NCBI GenBank assembly: GCA_030622955.1
Contig: JAUXFM010000003.1
Coordinates: 1-60,575, forward strand
Direction of reading: 5' to 3'
Length of the DNA: 60,575 nucleotides
From: Lentisphaerales bacterium
GTDB lineage: Bacteria; Verrucomicrobiota; Kiritimatiellia; JAUXFM01
The position numbers were made by a program, and so were the translations under genes. The notes beneath the pieces were generated by a model. It had not been told where the DNA came from, ran no database searches, and saw only the letters and a program-made list of their open reading frames with translations. Positions 37,231 through 48,124 of the stretch are shown here, piece by piece. Each line of letters starts with the position of its first letter. Positions within the stretch are counted from its first letter, which is position 1.

Positions 37231-37965
37231 ATGATTAATCCAAAGAAATTCGCGATACTTGGAGATATTCATGCGAACCTGGAGGCGCTTGAAGCAGTCC
37301 TTGAAGATTGTCGTGAGCGGAATGTTACCGATTATGCCTGCGTCGGGGATGTTGTTGGCTACAATGCGAATCCTTCAGAGTGTCTTGAGATTATCCGTGA
37401 GTTGAAATGTGTCGTTGTGCGTGGCAATCACGATCACTATTCTTCGCATGGCGAATCATTGTGGGACTTCCATGCGCTCGCCGCCGATGTGCTTGATTGG
37501 ACAAGGCATCGCTTGACCGATGAGCAGGTTGAATACCTGCGCAACTTGAGGATGAGTCGTATGCTCGCAGGGTTCACTCTTGTCCACAGCACATTGGACA
37601 TGCCCGAGAAATGGGGATATGTGTTCGAGGAACTTGAGGCCGCAGCAAACTTTAATTACCAGAGCACGGGTGTTTGTTTTCATGGGCATACCCATATACC
37701 GGCGGTCTTCGAGCGGGACGGGCGTGTCACGCGCAGTACGCCAATAAAACTCAATGTAACACTCGGTAAGAAGTATTTCATCAACGTCGGAAGTGTTGGG
37801 CAACCACGTGATGGAAATCCACTGGCATCCTACGTAACGTACGATATGGGGAGGAAAGAGGTCGAGTTCCGCAGGATCCAGTACGACATCGAAAAAACCC
37901 AAGAGAAGATCAGGGGAGCAGGCCTTCCTGAAATGCTTGCGTCACGCCTCGCCGCTGGAAAGTGA
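37231..37965 (+). CDS. Metallophosphoesterase (calcineurin-like)
   Basis: GDIHAN, GDVVGY, RGNHD, GHTH, NVGSVGQPRDG. Confidence 0.93.
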   Translation: MINPKKFAILGDIHANLEALEAVLEDCRERNVTDYACVGDVVGYNANPSECLEIIRELKCVVVRGNHDHYSSHGESLWDFHALAADVLDWTRHRLTDEQVEYLRNLRMSRMLAGFTLVHSTLDMPEKWGYVFEELEAAANFNYQSTGVCFHGHTHIPAVFERDGRVTRSTPIKLNVTLGKKYFINVGSVGQPRDGNPLASYVTYDMGRKEVEFRRIQYDIEKTQEKIRGAGLPEMLASRLAAGK

Positions 37966-38894
37966 CGGCAGAATACCAATACCTGTTTGGGCCGGTTCCA
38001 TCCCGCCGACTTGGCCTATCGCTTGGTGTTGACCTGCTGACACCCAAGACCTGTACTTTTGACTGTCCTTTTTGTCAGGCCGGGAAGACCACCAGCTTGA
38101 CGGTTTCAAGACAGAACTACGTCCCCATAGATGCGGTGATAGATGAATTCAGGAAGTGGCTGGCCTCAGGCGGCACAGCAGACTGCATCACGCTTGCTGG
38201 CTCTGGTGAGCCGACCCTTCACAAGAACTTTGGCAGGGCGATCGATGCGATCCATGAGCTTTGTGGGATTAGGGTGGTGCTTCTCAGTAATGCCACGCTC
38301 TTCCATGATCCGGATGTCAGGGCGGATGCGGTGCGTGCCGATGTCGTGAAAGCGTCGTTCAGTGCATGGGATGAAGCATCCTTCAGAGAGGTTAATCATC
38401 CGCACGTCGCGGTCAAGTTCAGTGATGTGCTCAGCGGAATCGGGCAGCTCAGAAAAGAACTCGATGGCGAGTTATGGCTTGAGGTAATGATCGTGAATGG
38501 CGTCAACTCTGACCATGATCAGGTTAAGGCGATTGCGGAACTTGCGAGCGGCCTGGGTTCAGATAAGATCCATCTCAATACGGTGGTCAGGCCACCTGCT
38601 GATGGCGTTTCAACGGCAGTGACTATCGAGGAGCTTGGGCGGATGACCCGACTATTCACACCTGAGGCGGAGGTGATATCACGGACAGCGACTAACCAGG
38701 GCGCGCATGTTGCTGCTGCTGACAGTGATGAGATCCTAGCGCTCATCAGGCGCCGACCCTGCACCGGTGCTGACATCGTTGCGGGCCTCGGTATACCTGC
38801 CAGCGTAGCAGAAGAAACTCTAGGTGTCCTTCTTGCAAGAGGACTTGTGGCAAAAGAGAAACGGGGATCTGACGTTTACTATCGGGGACAGTGA
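37962..38894 (+). CDS. Radical SAM protein
   Basis: FGPVPSRRLG.SLGVD, CTFDCPFC cluster motif, GSGEPTL, LNTVVRPP. GTGA overlap with the upstream gene. Confidence 0.92.
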   Translation: MTAEYQYLFGPVPSRRLGLSLGVDLLTPKTCTFDCPFCQAGKTTSLTVSRQNYVPIDAVIDEFRKWLASGGTADCITLAGSGEPTLHKNFGRAIDAIHELCGIRVVLLSNATLFHDPDVRADAVRADVVKASFSAWDEASFREVNHPHVAVKFSDVLSGIGQLRKELDGELWLEVMIVNGVNSDHDQVKAIAELASGLGSDKIHLNTVVRPPADGVSTAVTIEELGRMTRLFTPEAEVISRTATNQGAHVAAADSDEILALIRRRPCTGADIVAGLGIPASVAEETLGVLLARGLVAKEKRGSDVYYRGQ

Positions 38895-38972
38895 CCATCA
38901 CGTTTTTCGCTGGTTTTTATCCTCTGTCTCCCTTAAAGTCATATCTCGAATCATTCGCTATGGAATATAGAT

Positions 38973-41900
38973 ATGCAATGGCTTCTCAAAAAGATGCTGG
39001 GAACGAAGAGGGAAAGAGATATCAAGAAGCTCCAGCCCCTCGTCGACCGGATTAATGAGATAGAGGTCGAGTGCCAGTCGCTTTCAGAGGATCAGCTCAA
39101 GGCCAAGACACAGGAATTCAGGGACCGTCTCGAGAAGGACGAATCCATAGATGATATGATGTGCGAGGCCTTTGGGGTCGTGAAGAACGTTTGCAGGCGG
39201 ATTTGCGGGACAACAAGCGATGTCTGTGGGCATGACATGGTCTGGAAGGAGGTGCCATGGGACAGTCAGTTGATTGCTGCAATTGTGCTGCACCAGGGCA
39301 AGATAGCCGAGCTGGCAACCGGTGAAGGCAAGACCCTGGCCGCCACGATGCCTCTCTATCTGAACGCTCTCACAGGGAAGAATGTTCAACTGGTGACGGT
39401 CAATGATTATCTGGCGCGACGCGATGCCCAGTGGATGGGGGCGGTCTACGATTACCTAGGGTTGCGCGTTGGCTGTATACAGAACCAGATGTCGCCCTCG
39501 GAGCGGCGTGAGCAGTATGCGTGCGACATCACGTATGGGACGAACAGCGAGTTCGGTTTCGATTACCTGCGCGATAACGGCATGGCATATACGCCCGAAT
39601 CACAGGTGCAGCGCGATTACTACTACGTCATCATTGATGAAGTCGACAGTATCCTTATAGATGAAGCGCGTACTCCCCTGATCATTTCTGGCCCGGCCCC
39701 GAGTTCCTCTCACCAGTATTTCGAGTTGAAACCCAGGGTTGATCGGCTCGTTAAACAGCAACGCGAACTCTGTAACGGGCTTGCAAAGGAAGCGAAGGAG
39801 CATCTTGAAAAGGGCGATGATGCGCGTGCGCAGCTTCGCCTTTACCAGGTGAGCCATGGGATGCCCAAGCATAGGCAGTTGATGCGTCTTCTCGAGGAGC
39901 CAGCCGTCAGAAAACTCCACGAGCAGATAGAAGGACAGATGCTCACGGATATGCGCAAGGAGCAGGGTCGTGAATTGAGGGAAGAACTCTTCTTTACGAT
40001 CGATGAGCGCGGACATGATGCTAGTCTGACGGAAAAGGGCTGTGAGGCACTTAACCCTTCTGACCCTGATGCATATGTGTTGCCGGACCTGACCTCTGCA
40101 ATGGCGGATCTTGACGGGGAAACGGAGCTTTCGGAGCCTGACAAGATGAATCGGCTCCAGAAGATTCAGGAGAGCTTTACAGAGAAGAGCGAGGTTATTC
40201 ACAATGTTGACCAGCTCATTCGCGCATATTGCCTTTATGAGAAGGATGTCCAGTATGTCGTGCAGGGCAACCAGGTTCTCATCGTGGACGAGAACACTGG
40301 TCGCATGATGCCGGGGCGCAGATGGTCGGACGGGCTGCACCAGGCGGTAGAGGCCAAAGAAGGGGTCAAGATAGAGCGCGAGACGCAGACGCTGGCAACG
40401 ATTACTATTCAGAACTACTTTCGCATGTACTCAAAGCTGGCCGGCATGACCGGTACTGCCGAGACTGAGGCGGACGAGTTCAATGATATTTACAAGCTCG
40501 ATGTTGCCGTGATACCGACGAACCGTCCGGTCAGGCGTCTTGATGGCAACGATGTGATCTACAAGAGCCAGCGGGAGAAGTACGCCGCCATAATTGAAGC
40601 AATATCTGAATGTCATCATAAAGGGCAGCCCGTTCTAGTGGGCACGATTTCTGTCAACACCTCTGAGCTGATAAGTAGGATGCTCAAGAGGGCGAATATC
40701 CCGCACAGTGTGCTGAATGCGAAAAACCATGAGGGAGAAGCGGATATTGTCATGCGTGCGGGGCAGCCCGGTGCCGTGACAATCGCTACGAACATGGCGG
40801 GGCGCGGTACGGATATCAAGCTTGGTGAGGGCGTTGTCCAGATTGGTCGCGACATCGTCGAAAGCGACATCAAGCTCAGCGACAAGGTCGAGGGCAAGAC
40901 GCTGCGCAGTATCCTGGAGGAGCGTCCTTCCGGTCTCTATGTAATGGGGACTGAGCGCCATGAATCGAGACGTATCGACCGCCAGCTGCGTGGAAGGTGC
41001 GCGCGACAGGGCGATCCCGGCGCATCCCAGTTCTTTATCTCCCTTGAAGATGATCTCATGCGCCTGTTCGGATCGGACAGGATCGCAGGGATCATGGAAC
41101 GGCTCGGCCTCCAGGAAGGACAGATGTTGGAGCACAGGTGGTTGAACCGATCGATTGAGACGGCCCAGCGTCGTGTTGAGCAGCATAACTTCTCCATACG
41201 CAAACGTACGCTTCAGTACGACGACGTGATGAATAAGCAGCGCGAGATTATTTATGGTTTCCGCGGCGAAATCGTGCGCTCAGAGAATGTCGGTCAGCAT
41301 ATATGCGACATCATTGAGGATGTTGTTTCCGACAATGCCCAGCAATCGGTCACGGGTCAACCGGAGGGTGTGGCGGCTTTTGTTGACTGGGTCAGGACCA
41401 GTTTCCCTGTACCTATCAGGGTAGAGGATCTCGCAGAGATAAAGGATGATCCTGAGGCCTGTGCTGAGCATGTCTTCAGGAAGGTCAAGGCTGCGTATGA
41501 CCTGAAAGTCCGGTCAGAATCCGAAGATGAAGATGCGGTGAGAAGCCTGGAGCGAAGCATCATTCTGCAGGCAATTGATTCGCATTGGCAGGATTATCTC
41601 AGGGGTATGGATTCGCTGCGGGAAGGGGTAGGGCTCAGAGCATACGGTCAGAGGGATCCGTTGGTCGAGTACAAGCGAGAAGCATTCGATATGTTCGAGA
41701 CGCTGATGGATACTATCAAGCAGGATGTGACTCATGCTGCGTTTCGTTCGGCAACGTCCGCTGAGTCTTTTGAGAGGTTTATGGATGCTTTGCCGCAGAT
41801 GCTGAAGCATGATGATGTCTCGGTTCTGGGCAAAGGTACTGCAGGGCCGACGCGAGCCGGGCGCGGTGCTCTTTCCGGCCCGTTAGGACTTGATGGCATA

Positions 41901-42032
41901 GACGGGCCATCACCTGAGTCGCGTGCTGGGGGTCCACAGCCATTCAGGCGGGAAAGCCCAAAGGTAGGAAGGAACGATCCTTGTCCCTGCGGCAGTGGCA
42001 AGAAGTACAAGAAATGCTGTGGTGCGAAGTGA
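38973..42032 (+). CDS. secA: Preprotein translocase ATPase SecA
   Basis: [60 protein letters not shown]-terminal [18 protein letters not shown]. Confidence 0.99.
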   Translation: MQWLLKKMLGTKRERDIKKLQPLVDRINEIEVECQSLSEDQLKAKTQEFRDRLEKDESIDDMMCEAFGVVKNVCRRICGTTSDVCGHDMVWKEVPWDSQLIAAIVLHQGKIAELATGEGKTLAATMPLYLNALTGKNVQLVTVNDYLARRDAQWMGAVYDYLGLRVGCIQNQMSPSERREQYACDITYGTNSEFGFDYLRDNGMAYTPESQVQRDYYYVIIDEVDSILIDEARTPLIISGPAPSSSHQYFELKPRVDRLVKQQRELCNGLAKEAKEHLEKGDDARAQLRLYQVSHGMPKHRQLMRLLEEPAVRKLHEQIEGQMLTDMRKEQGRELREELFFTIDERGHDASLTEKGCEALNPSDPDAYVLPDLTSAMADLDGETELSEPDKMNRLQKIQESFTEKSEVIHNVDQLIRAYCLYEKDVQYVVQGNQVLIVDENTGRMMPGRRWSDGLHQAVEAKEGVKIERETQTLATITIQNYFRMYSKLAGMTGTAETEADEFNDIYKLDVAVIPTNRPVRRLDGNDVIYKSQREKYAAIIEAISECHHKGQPVLVGTISVNTSELISRMLKRANIPHSVLNAKNHEGEADIVMRAGQPGAVTIATNMAGRGTDIKLGEGVVQIGRDIVESDIKLSDKVEGKTLRSILEERPSGLYVMGTERHESRRIDRQLRGRCARQGDPGASQFFISLEDDLMRLFGSDRIAGIMERLGLQEGQMLEHRWLNRSIETAQRRVEQHNFSIRKRTLQYDDVMNKQREIIYGFRGEIVRSENVGQHICDIIEDVVSDNAQQSVTGQPEGVAAFVDWVRTSFPVPIRVEDLAEIKDDPEACAEHVFRKVKAAYDLKVRSESEDEDAVRSLERSIILQAIDSHWQDYLRGMDSLREGVGLRAYGQRDPLVEYKREAFDMFETLMDTIKQDVTHAAFRSATSAESFERFMDALPQMLKHDDVSVLGKGTAGPTRAGRGALSGPLGLDGIDGPSPESRAGGPQPFRRESPKVGRNDPCPCGSGKKYKKCCGAK

Positions 42033-42629
42033 GTCACTTCGTCCCCGTCGTTCGTTGCTAGAGCAATTCACGAATGACCTGCAGCATACATACTTGCTGT
42101 GGCGTTGGCTGAATCTCTTCAAAAGACACAACATAGTTCTCGTTGCTGGGGCAGAAATTGATCGATTCGCTTTCGTAGAGGATCCTCGTGGAATCAACAG
42201 CCAAGCAATGCGACAACTTCTTCACTCGAGAAGGTGGCCATCGGCTTTCTTGAGCAAGTAGGCAGCATGTCGATCGGGTTGACCCTGTAGTAGCTGCAAT
42301 GCTGGCACTTGAACTGCTTGTAAGGGGTATTTAAGTGCCTGTTGATATCGCGTGGAGCAGGTTGAGCGCCCTGCCGTTTCTTGTTGTGTGTAGGGCATAT
42401 TCCTTTTGCAAGCATCTATTTGGCGTAGATTATTGATGAATCCTTCTTGCTTACGTCGACGACGTATAGTCCGGAGTGGGATGCGGGCCAAGGGTTGTGA
42501 GCGTCACTAATCGGCAGTCAATCATTCGCTTTTTGGAGCCCTGTCTATGGTGTCATTTGTCCATCTGTGAACAGGAAAACGATGCGAAATTCCTCCACCT
42601 TCAGCGTTCTTTGTGTCTATCATGCCGCA

Positions 42630-44342
42630 ATGACGAATAGGACGGTACATTTGCTGAAATGGATTGGAGCGCTGTCGTCAGGGCTCATGCTGGCATCAGC
42701 TTTCCCGCCACTCGAATATACGGAGGCCGCCTGGGTTGGCCTGGCGCCACTCCTGCTGGCGGTCTTCTATTCGAACCCTTCGGAATCATTCAAGCTCGGC
42801 TGGTTTTCCGGCGCTGTTTTCTGGCTGTGCAATATTGGATGGCTGCTGAACCTGGGTTTTACCGGGGGGCCGATGCTCCTTGTGGCCGCAGGTTGGTTGC
42901 TGCTCTCGATTTATGCTGGACTCTATATTGGTCTCTTCTGCTGGGTGACGGCCTGGTGGTTCTCAAAGTTCCCGCAAGAGAAATGGCATAACAGTGTGCT
43001 GTTGACCCTGGCGATTCCTCTTCTGTGGATTGGTCTGGAGTATGCACGTTCGACGCTGTTCACCGGTTTTCCATGGAACCAGCTTGGTGTGAGTCAATAC
43101 AGGAACCTGGTCATAATACAAATGGCGTCATGGGGCGGAGTATATGCTGTTTCTGGAATCGTGATGCTTGTGAATGCGGGAATTGCGACAACGGCCGCGC
43201 GCCACATCGCCCTACACAGGATCAGACGCCGTGTCAGGATACACGTCGAGCTGTTTATTGTTCTTACGGTTTTGGCAATTGCGCTTGTAGGTGGCCGAAG
43301 AGCCCTGCTGCGATTGGCGATGAGGAGCGGAGGGCGTCCAGTCACGATTGCCGTCATTCAGCCGGATGTCGAGCAGTTGAAGAAATGGCCGGATGAGTTT
43401 CGACGCCATATCGCAGGAAAGTTGTGGCGCCAGACCGATCTAGCCAGCGTGATGAAGCCTGACCTTATTGTGTGGCCGGAAACGTCTGCACCGGGGGCGG
43501 TCAGGAATGATCCTGAGCTGGCATGGTTCGTTTCCGGGATGGCGCGCGAGAAAGCGCCGATCCTGGTGGGCTCGATGGATGTTCGTGGTGCTGACCAGGA
43601 ACCAGTCAACTTGGTCGATCTTGAAGAGGGCTTGGAGCTGGAGTATCACAACTGTTCCTTTCTGTTTGACCGGAATGGCATGATTTCGGGGGACTATTCG
43701 AAGCGACACTTGGTGCCTTTCGGTGAGTATATTCCATTGTCGCGCTGGATCAAGCCGCTTGAAAGAGTCGCCCCACTTGGTTGGAACTGTTCGGCTGGGA
43801 ACACGAGTACGGTGTTTCAATTGCGAATTGACGAAGGAGCAGTAGCGTCGGTAAACATTGTGCCCTTTTCCGTGTTGTTATGCTTTGAGGATACCGTAGC
43901 GTGGCTTGCGCGGAAGAGCGTTAGGAATGGAGCCAAATTGATCATTAATCAAACGAACGACGCATGGTTCGATCCATCTTCTGCATCGCTGCAGCATGCC
44001 TGCCATTCAGTATTCCGTGCTGTTGAGAACAGGGTCGCAGTAGTGCGCTCTGCTAACACGGGTATGAGTTGCCTGATAAGTGACACGGGAGTCCTGGGAG
44101 GCTCTACTGGGGACCGGGTCCTTAAGACAAATGCTGAGAGCTTCCTGATGGTCGCTCCCGTCATCCATGATGATGCAGGCAAGACATTTTATGCTCGATG
44201 GGGTGACCTGTTTCTCGCTGTTCCCTGCTTTGTGCTGGCTGTTGCTCACGTTCTGTATCTGGCTGGTAGGCATGCCGTAAATAGATGGCGTGGACGGAAG
44301 TTGAAGCTTGCAACGGGGGAATTGAGTGCGGATACTGCCTGA
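42630..44342 (+). CDS. lnt: Apolipoprotein N-acyltransferase
   Basis: TM N-terminus, GFPWNQLG, VWPETS, YSKRHLVPFGEY, LCFED, TNDAWF, RAVENR..VRSANTG. Confidence 0.95.
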   Translation: MTNRTVHLLKWIGALSSGLMLASAFPPLEYTEAAWVGLAPLLLAVFYSNPSESFKLGWFSGAVFWLCNIGWLLNLGFTGGPMLLVAAGWLLLSIYAGLYIGLFCWVTAWWFSKFPQEKWHNSVLLTLAIPLLWIGLEYARSTLFTGFPWNQLGVSQYRNLVIIQMASWGGVYAVSGIVMLVNAGIATTAARHIALHRIRRRVRIHVELFIVLTVLAIALVGGRRALLRLAMRSGGRPVTIAVIQPDVEQLKKWPDEFRRHIAGKLWRQTDLASVMKPDLIVWPETSAPGAVRNDPELAWFVSGMAREKAPILVGSMDVRGADQEPVNLVDLEEGLELEYHNCSFLFDRNGMISGDYSKRHLVPFGEYIPLSRWIKPLERVAPLGWNCSAGNTSTVFQLRIDEGAVASVNIVPFSVLLCFEDTVAWLARKSVRNGAKLIINQTNDAWFDPSSASLQHACHSVFRAVENRVAVVRSANTGMSCLISDTGVLGGSTGDRVLKTNAESFLMVAPVIHDDAGKTFYARWGDLFLAVPCFVLAVAHVLYLAGRHAVNRWRGRKLKLATGELSADTA

Positions 44343-44390
44343 GCTCAGAACATCTGGGCAATATTTACTGCCAAGCTCGGAGGGAATGGG

Positions 44391-45516
44391 ATGCTGGAAG
44401 AGGTCAAGGAACGCCTGGATGCTTTGAAGAAGCGCGCCTCGGAAATGAGAGGCTATCTTTGACATTGATTCGCGTGAGAAGATACTGGCTGACTGCGAAA
44501 AGAACTCTTCTGCGCCCAGCTTCTGGAACGATCAGGCGAAAGCCAAGATCGTAATAGACAAGGCTAACCGCCAACGGCTTGTCATTAATCCGTACCTGGC
44601 GCTTGAAAAGCTCGTCGAAGATGGTGGATTGCTGCTTGAGCTGGCGGAATCGGAATCTAATGAGGAAGAATCCCGAAAGGCCCTGCAGGAGGCAGCCGCG
44701 TCACTTGACAAGGGCGAGAAGGCATTCGAGAAACTTGAGTTGCAATCCTTGCTCAGCGGCGAACTCGATGAGAAGAGCGCCTATGTCTCTTTACACGCTG
44801 GTGCGGGGGGGACAGAATCCTGCGACTGGGCCGATATGCTCTTCAGGATGTATCGGCGATATTGTGATATTGCCGGGTTCAAACATGAGATTCTCGATTT
44901 TCAGGCTGGTGACGAGGCGGGGATCAAACGAGTTATGTTCCTCGTTGAAGGGCCATACGCCTATGGCAACCTGAAAGCAGAGCGTGGTGTCCACAGACTC
45001 GTGCGAATAAGCCCCTTCGACGCGAACAAGAGACGACATACCTCTTTTGCTGGTCTTGACGTGGTTGCTGAAATTGAAGATGACATCGAAGTCGACATTG
45101 CAGAGAGCGACCTCAGGGTTGACACGTACCGCGCAAGTGGTGCCGGCGGCCAGCATGTCAACACCACCGATTCAGCTGTAAGATTAACGCATTTGCCGTC
45201 GGGTATTGTGGTTGGCTGCCAGGCTGAAAGGTCACAGCATATGAATAGGACGAAGGCGATGAAGGTCCTGCGTGCCAAGCTTTATGAGTGGTTGCTCGAC
45301 CAGAAACGGAAAGACATGGAGCGATTCTACAGCGCGAAGGGCGAGATAGCCTGGGGCAGCCAGATCCGATCGTATGTCATGCAGCCTTATACGATGGTCA
45401 AGGATCACCGCACTAGCGTGCAGTCATCCAATGTGCAATCGGTGCTTGATGGGAATATATCCGAATTCATTGAAGGTTACTTAAAGAAGACGGTTGGGGC
45501 GGAGACTAGTGGGTAG
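44391..45516 (+). CDS. prfB: Peptide chain release factor 2, translated via a programmed +1 frameshift
   Basis: ATG 44391 gives MLEEVKERLDALKKRASEMRGYL, then CTT TGA C. The +1 frame from 44461 continues DIDSRE...FWNDQ..., with GAGGTES, SPF and GGQ motifs. Confidence 0.97.
44448..44463 (+). promoter_or_regulatory. prfB +1 ribosomal frameshift site
   Basis: AGAGGC TAT CTT TGA C: internal SD-like sequence, slippery CTT-T and in-frame TGA. Confidence 0.95.
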
Positions 45517-45580
45517 TGCGCATTACATCAGAAGAGTCGAGAATCGAAATCTTGGCCCAGACTGAAGAAGGAAGAAAGAT

Positions 45581-46465
45581 ATGGCGTTGAAGAGCATGAC
45601 TGGGTATGGGCGTGGCGAAGGTGCATCTGGTGGCGTGAAAATCGAAGTGTCGATCAGTTCTGTGAACCGCCGCCAGTTTGATTGCAAGATTGGTGTTCCT
45701 CGATTCCTGGCAGGCCTTGAGTCACGAATTCACGAGATTATCCATAAACGTATTTCCCGTGGCGGGGTGTCAGGAACCGTGAATGTCGTGTTTGCTGATG
45801 AAGAAGGCTTTCGTCGTCTACAGATTAATGAGAAAGCTGCAGCAGCATATGTTTCCCGATTGAGACGAGTGGCAAAGAAATTAAGAATTAAGGACGACAT
45901 CAGTGCATCGATGCTACTCGAACTTCCTGGCGTTGTTCAGTCGAGGCAACCACGTGAGGATGATGGGAAGACCTGGGCATTACTCGCAAGAGCGCTGCGC
46001 TCTGCGTTGAGCCAGTTGCTGGCAATGCGGGCCAAGGAGGGGCATGCTCTTTCGATTGATCTGAAGCGAAGATTCGGAAGCTTGGCAAAATACCTGGCAT
46101 CCGTGAGTAAGTTAGCAGGCACAGTCAGTGTGAAGCACAGGAAGAGGTTGATGGCTCGATTGAATGCTGCAGGTTGTGATAGTGCAGTGGATGCAGATCG
46201 GCTTGCGCGAGAGCTGGCAATCTTTGCGGAGCGGTCGGATATAACCGAGGAGATTACAAGACTGCAGAGTCATTTGGGGCAGGCTTCGAAGCTGTTCGAG
46301 TCGGAAAAGCCTGTTGGCAGGACGATGGATTTCCTTGCACAGGAACTGTTCAGGGAGATCAACACGATTGGGTCGAAGGCAAGTGATCCAATAATCTCGA
46401 AACATGTTATACGATTTAAGACAGAACTGGAGCGAATCAGGGAACAGGTCCAGAATGTGGAATAG
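45581..46465 (+). CDS. yicC: YicC/YloC-family endoribonuclease
   Basis: SMTGYGR, SVNRR, DITEEITRL.SH, GRTMDFLAQELFREINTIGSK, LERIREQVQNVE. Confidence 0.95.
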   Translation: MALKSMTGYGRGEGASGGVKIEVSISSVNRRQFDCKIGVPRFLAGLESRIHEIIHKRISRGGVSGTVNVVFADEEGFRRLQINEKAAAAYVSRLRRVAKKLRIKDDISASMLLELPGVVQSRQPREDDGKTWALLARALRSALSQLLAMRAKEGHALSIDLKRRFGSLAKYLASVSKLAGTVSVKHRKRLMARLNAAGCDSAVDADRLARELAIFAERSDITEEITRLQSHLGQASKLFESEKPVGRTMDFLAQELFREINTIGSKASDPIISKHVIRFKTELERIREQVQNVE

Positions 46466-46603
46466 GGAGAGGGTTGAAGGTTGAGGGCCTGTCGCCCATT
46501 GGGTGGCGCCGGTTGTGGCTGTTAGAAGCGTTCCACGGGATTTGGGCAAGATGCCGTTGAGACCTGAAACATGCGTGAAAGAATGGAGAAACGATTGATA
46601 GAT

Positions 46604-47203
46604 ATGACGGCAGGCACGACGCCTCTCTTGATTCTGGTGGTGGCACCTTCGGGTGCAGGAAAGTCCACTATCTGTGACAGACTCATCGACGAATGTGCGA
46701 ACATCGTCTATTCCATATCTTGCACGACGAGACAGCCGCGCGGCGAAGAGACCGATGGGGTCGACTACTATTTTCTTGCCGAGGCTGATTTCGATGCGAA
46801 TGTGGCTGATGACGCATTCCTCGAAAATGCCGTGGTGCACGGTTTTAGATATGGGACATTGAGGAGAACGGTTGCTGAAGGACTGCGCGCAGGGAACGAC
46901 GTGCTCATGGACATCGACGTCCAGGGGGCCAAACAGATCAGGGAGACAATTGGTGCTCTATCTGACGAGGATCCGATCAGGAAAGGGTTCCTGGATATCT
47001 TCATAGTGCCGCCCTCGCTCGAGGAGCTAGAGAAGCGATTGACGGGCAGGGGCGAGGATGATTCAGAGACAATAGGGTTGCGCCTCATTAATGCAGAGGC
47101 CGAAATGGCATGCGCGGGGGAATTTGCACATGTCATAGTCAATGATGTGCTCGATAAATGCTATGCATCAGTCAGAAGAGTGATTGAGGACAAGCGTGTG
47201 TAG
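46604..47203 (+). CDS. gmk: Guanylate kinase
   Basis: APSGAGKST, SCTTRQPRGEE.DGVDYYF, YGT, DIDVQGA, FIVPPS..EL..RL. Start could be 46571 or 46583. Confidence 0.96.
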   Translation: MTAGTTPLLILVVAPSGAGKSTICDRLIDECANIVYSISCTTRQPRGEETDGVDYYFLAEADFDANVADDAFLENAVVHGFRYGTLRRTVAEGLRAGNDVLMDIDVQGAKQIRETIGALSDEDPIRKGFLDIFIVPPSLEELEKRLTGRGEDDSETIGLRLINAEAEMACAGEFAHVIVNDVLDKCYASVRRVIEDKRV

Positions 47204-47224
47204 TAACAGCCGGAGGAGAGGAAA

Positions 47225-47770
47225 ATGGCGGAAAAGAAATCGATAGTCTTTGGCGTGACGGGATCTATTGCGGCATACAAGGCTGCCGAGCTGGTGCGCA
47301 TGATGAAGCGCTTGGATTGGGATGTGCGGGTGATAATGACCGAATCTGCGCTGGAGTTCGTTGGTGAGTTGACGTTCGAGACGCTATCGCAGCATCCTGT
47401 GAGTATAGAAATGTTCAGCGAGTCAGAGTCCTGGGACATTGAGCATGTTTCCCTGGCCGACAGTGCCGACGTCATGCTGATCGCGCCCTGTACCGCCAAT
47501 GTCATTGGCAAGGTGGCGAATGGGCTGGCCGATGATCTCCTGACTGCGACAGTTCTTGCATCCAAAGCGCCTGTTGTGATAGCTCCAGCGATGAATGTTG
47601 GAATGTGGGAGAATGTTGCAACTCGTGACAATGTGGCTCTACTCAAGAAGAGGGGCGTAGCGATTGTTGATGTAGGCGAAGGTGATCTAGCTTGCGGTTA
47701 TGAAGGCAAGGGCCGCCTTGCAGATCTTGACACGATCATGAGTGTGGTAGAGGGCGCACTTCGGGGCTGA
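47225..47770 (+). CDS. coaC: Phosphopantothenoylcysteine decarboxylase (stand-alone CoaC)
   Basis: GVTGSIAAYKA, EHV.LA, APCTAN, APAMN..MW, LACG..GKGRL. Stops at 181 aa with no CoaB domain. Confidence 0.9.
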   Translation: MAEKKSIVFGVTGSIAAYKAAELVRMMKRLDWDVRVIMTESALEFVGELTFETLSQHPVSIEMFSESESWDIEHVSLADSADVMLIAPCTANVIGKVANGLADDLLTATVLASKAPVVIAPAMNVGMWENVATRDNVALLKKRGVAIVDVGEGDLACGYEGKGRLADLDTIMSVVEGALRG

Positions 47771-47777
47771 CAATGCA

Positions 47778-48122
47778 ATGAAGACCGCAATCCTGCGAAA
47801 AGATGGTTCAACAGTTATCGAGCGGATTCAGGTGGCTGAGGGCTTATGGGAAAGAGGCGTGGGGTTGCTTGGCAGGAAATCACTTGCACCCGGTAATGCA
47901 ATGATGTTTAGGAATTGCGCCTGTGTACATACCTGTTTCATGCGTTTTCGATTAGACTTTCTTTTCCTGGATCCTGAATATCGTTTCCTGCGAATGGTCA
48001 GCGATGTGGGCCCTTTCCGTGTCGTTCATGGCGGAAGAGGGGCGAGGACTGTCATTGAAATGCAGGCGGGATGGTTCAATAGTGATGGGATCGAGGAGGG
48101 TAGTACGTTCGAACTGGCGTGA
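47778..48122 (+). CDS. DUF192-family protein
   Basis: ERGVGLLGR, VHTCFMRFRLDFLFLD, VIEMQAG. Confidence 0.88.
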   Translation: MKTAILRKDGSTVIERIQVAEGLWERGVGLLGRKSLAPGNAMMFRNCACVHTCFMRFRLDFLFLDPEYRFLRMVSDVGPFRVVHGGRGARTVIEMQAGWFNSDGIEEGSTFELA

Positions 48123-48124
48123 GA

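Noticed and set aside
37962-38894. Radical SAM gene as the RiPP maturase partner of the PqqD protein
   Set aside because: It is 25 kb away in a housekeeping operon, has no SPASM/twitch Cys cluster, and carries the GPVPSRRLG motif of a different subfamily.
42058-42491. Small minus-strand ORFs between secA and lnt, including a Cys-rich 73-aa ORF ending in TGA (possible Sec readthrough)
   Set aside because: No recognisable family or clear RBS, and readthrough gives no meaningful extension or evident SECIS.
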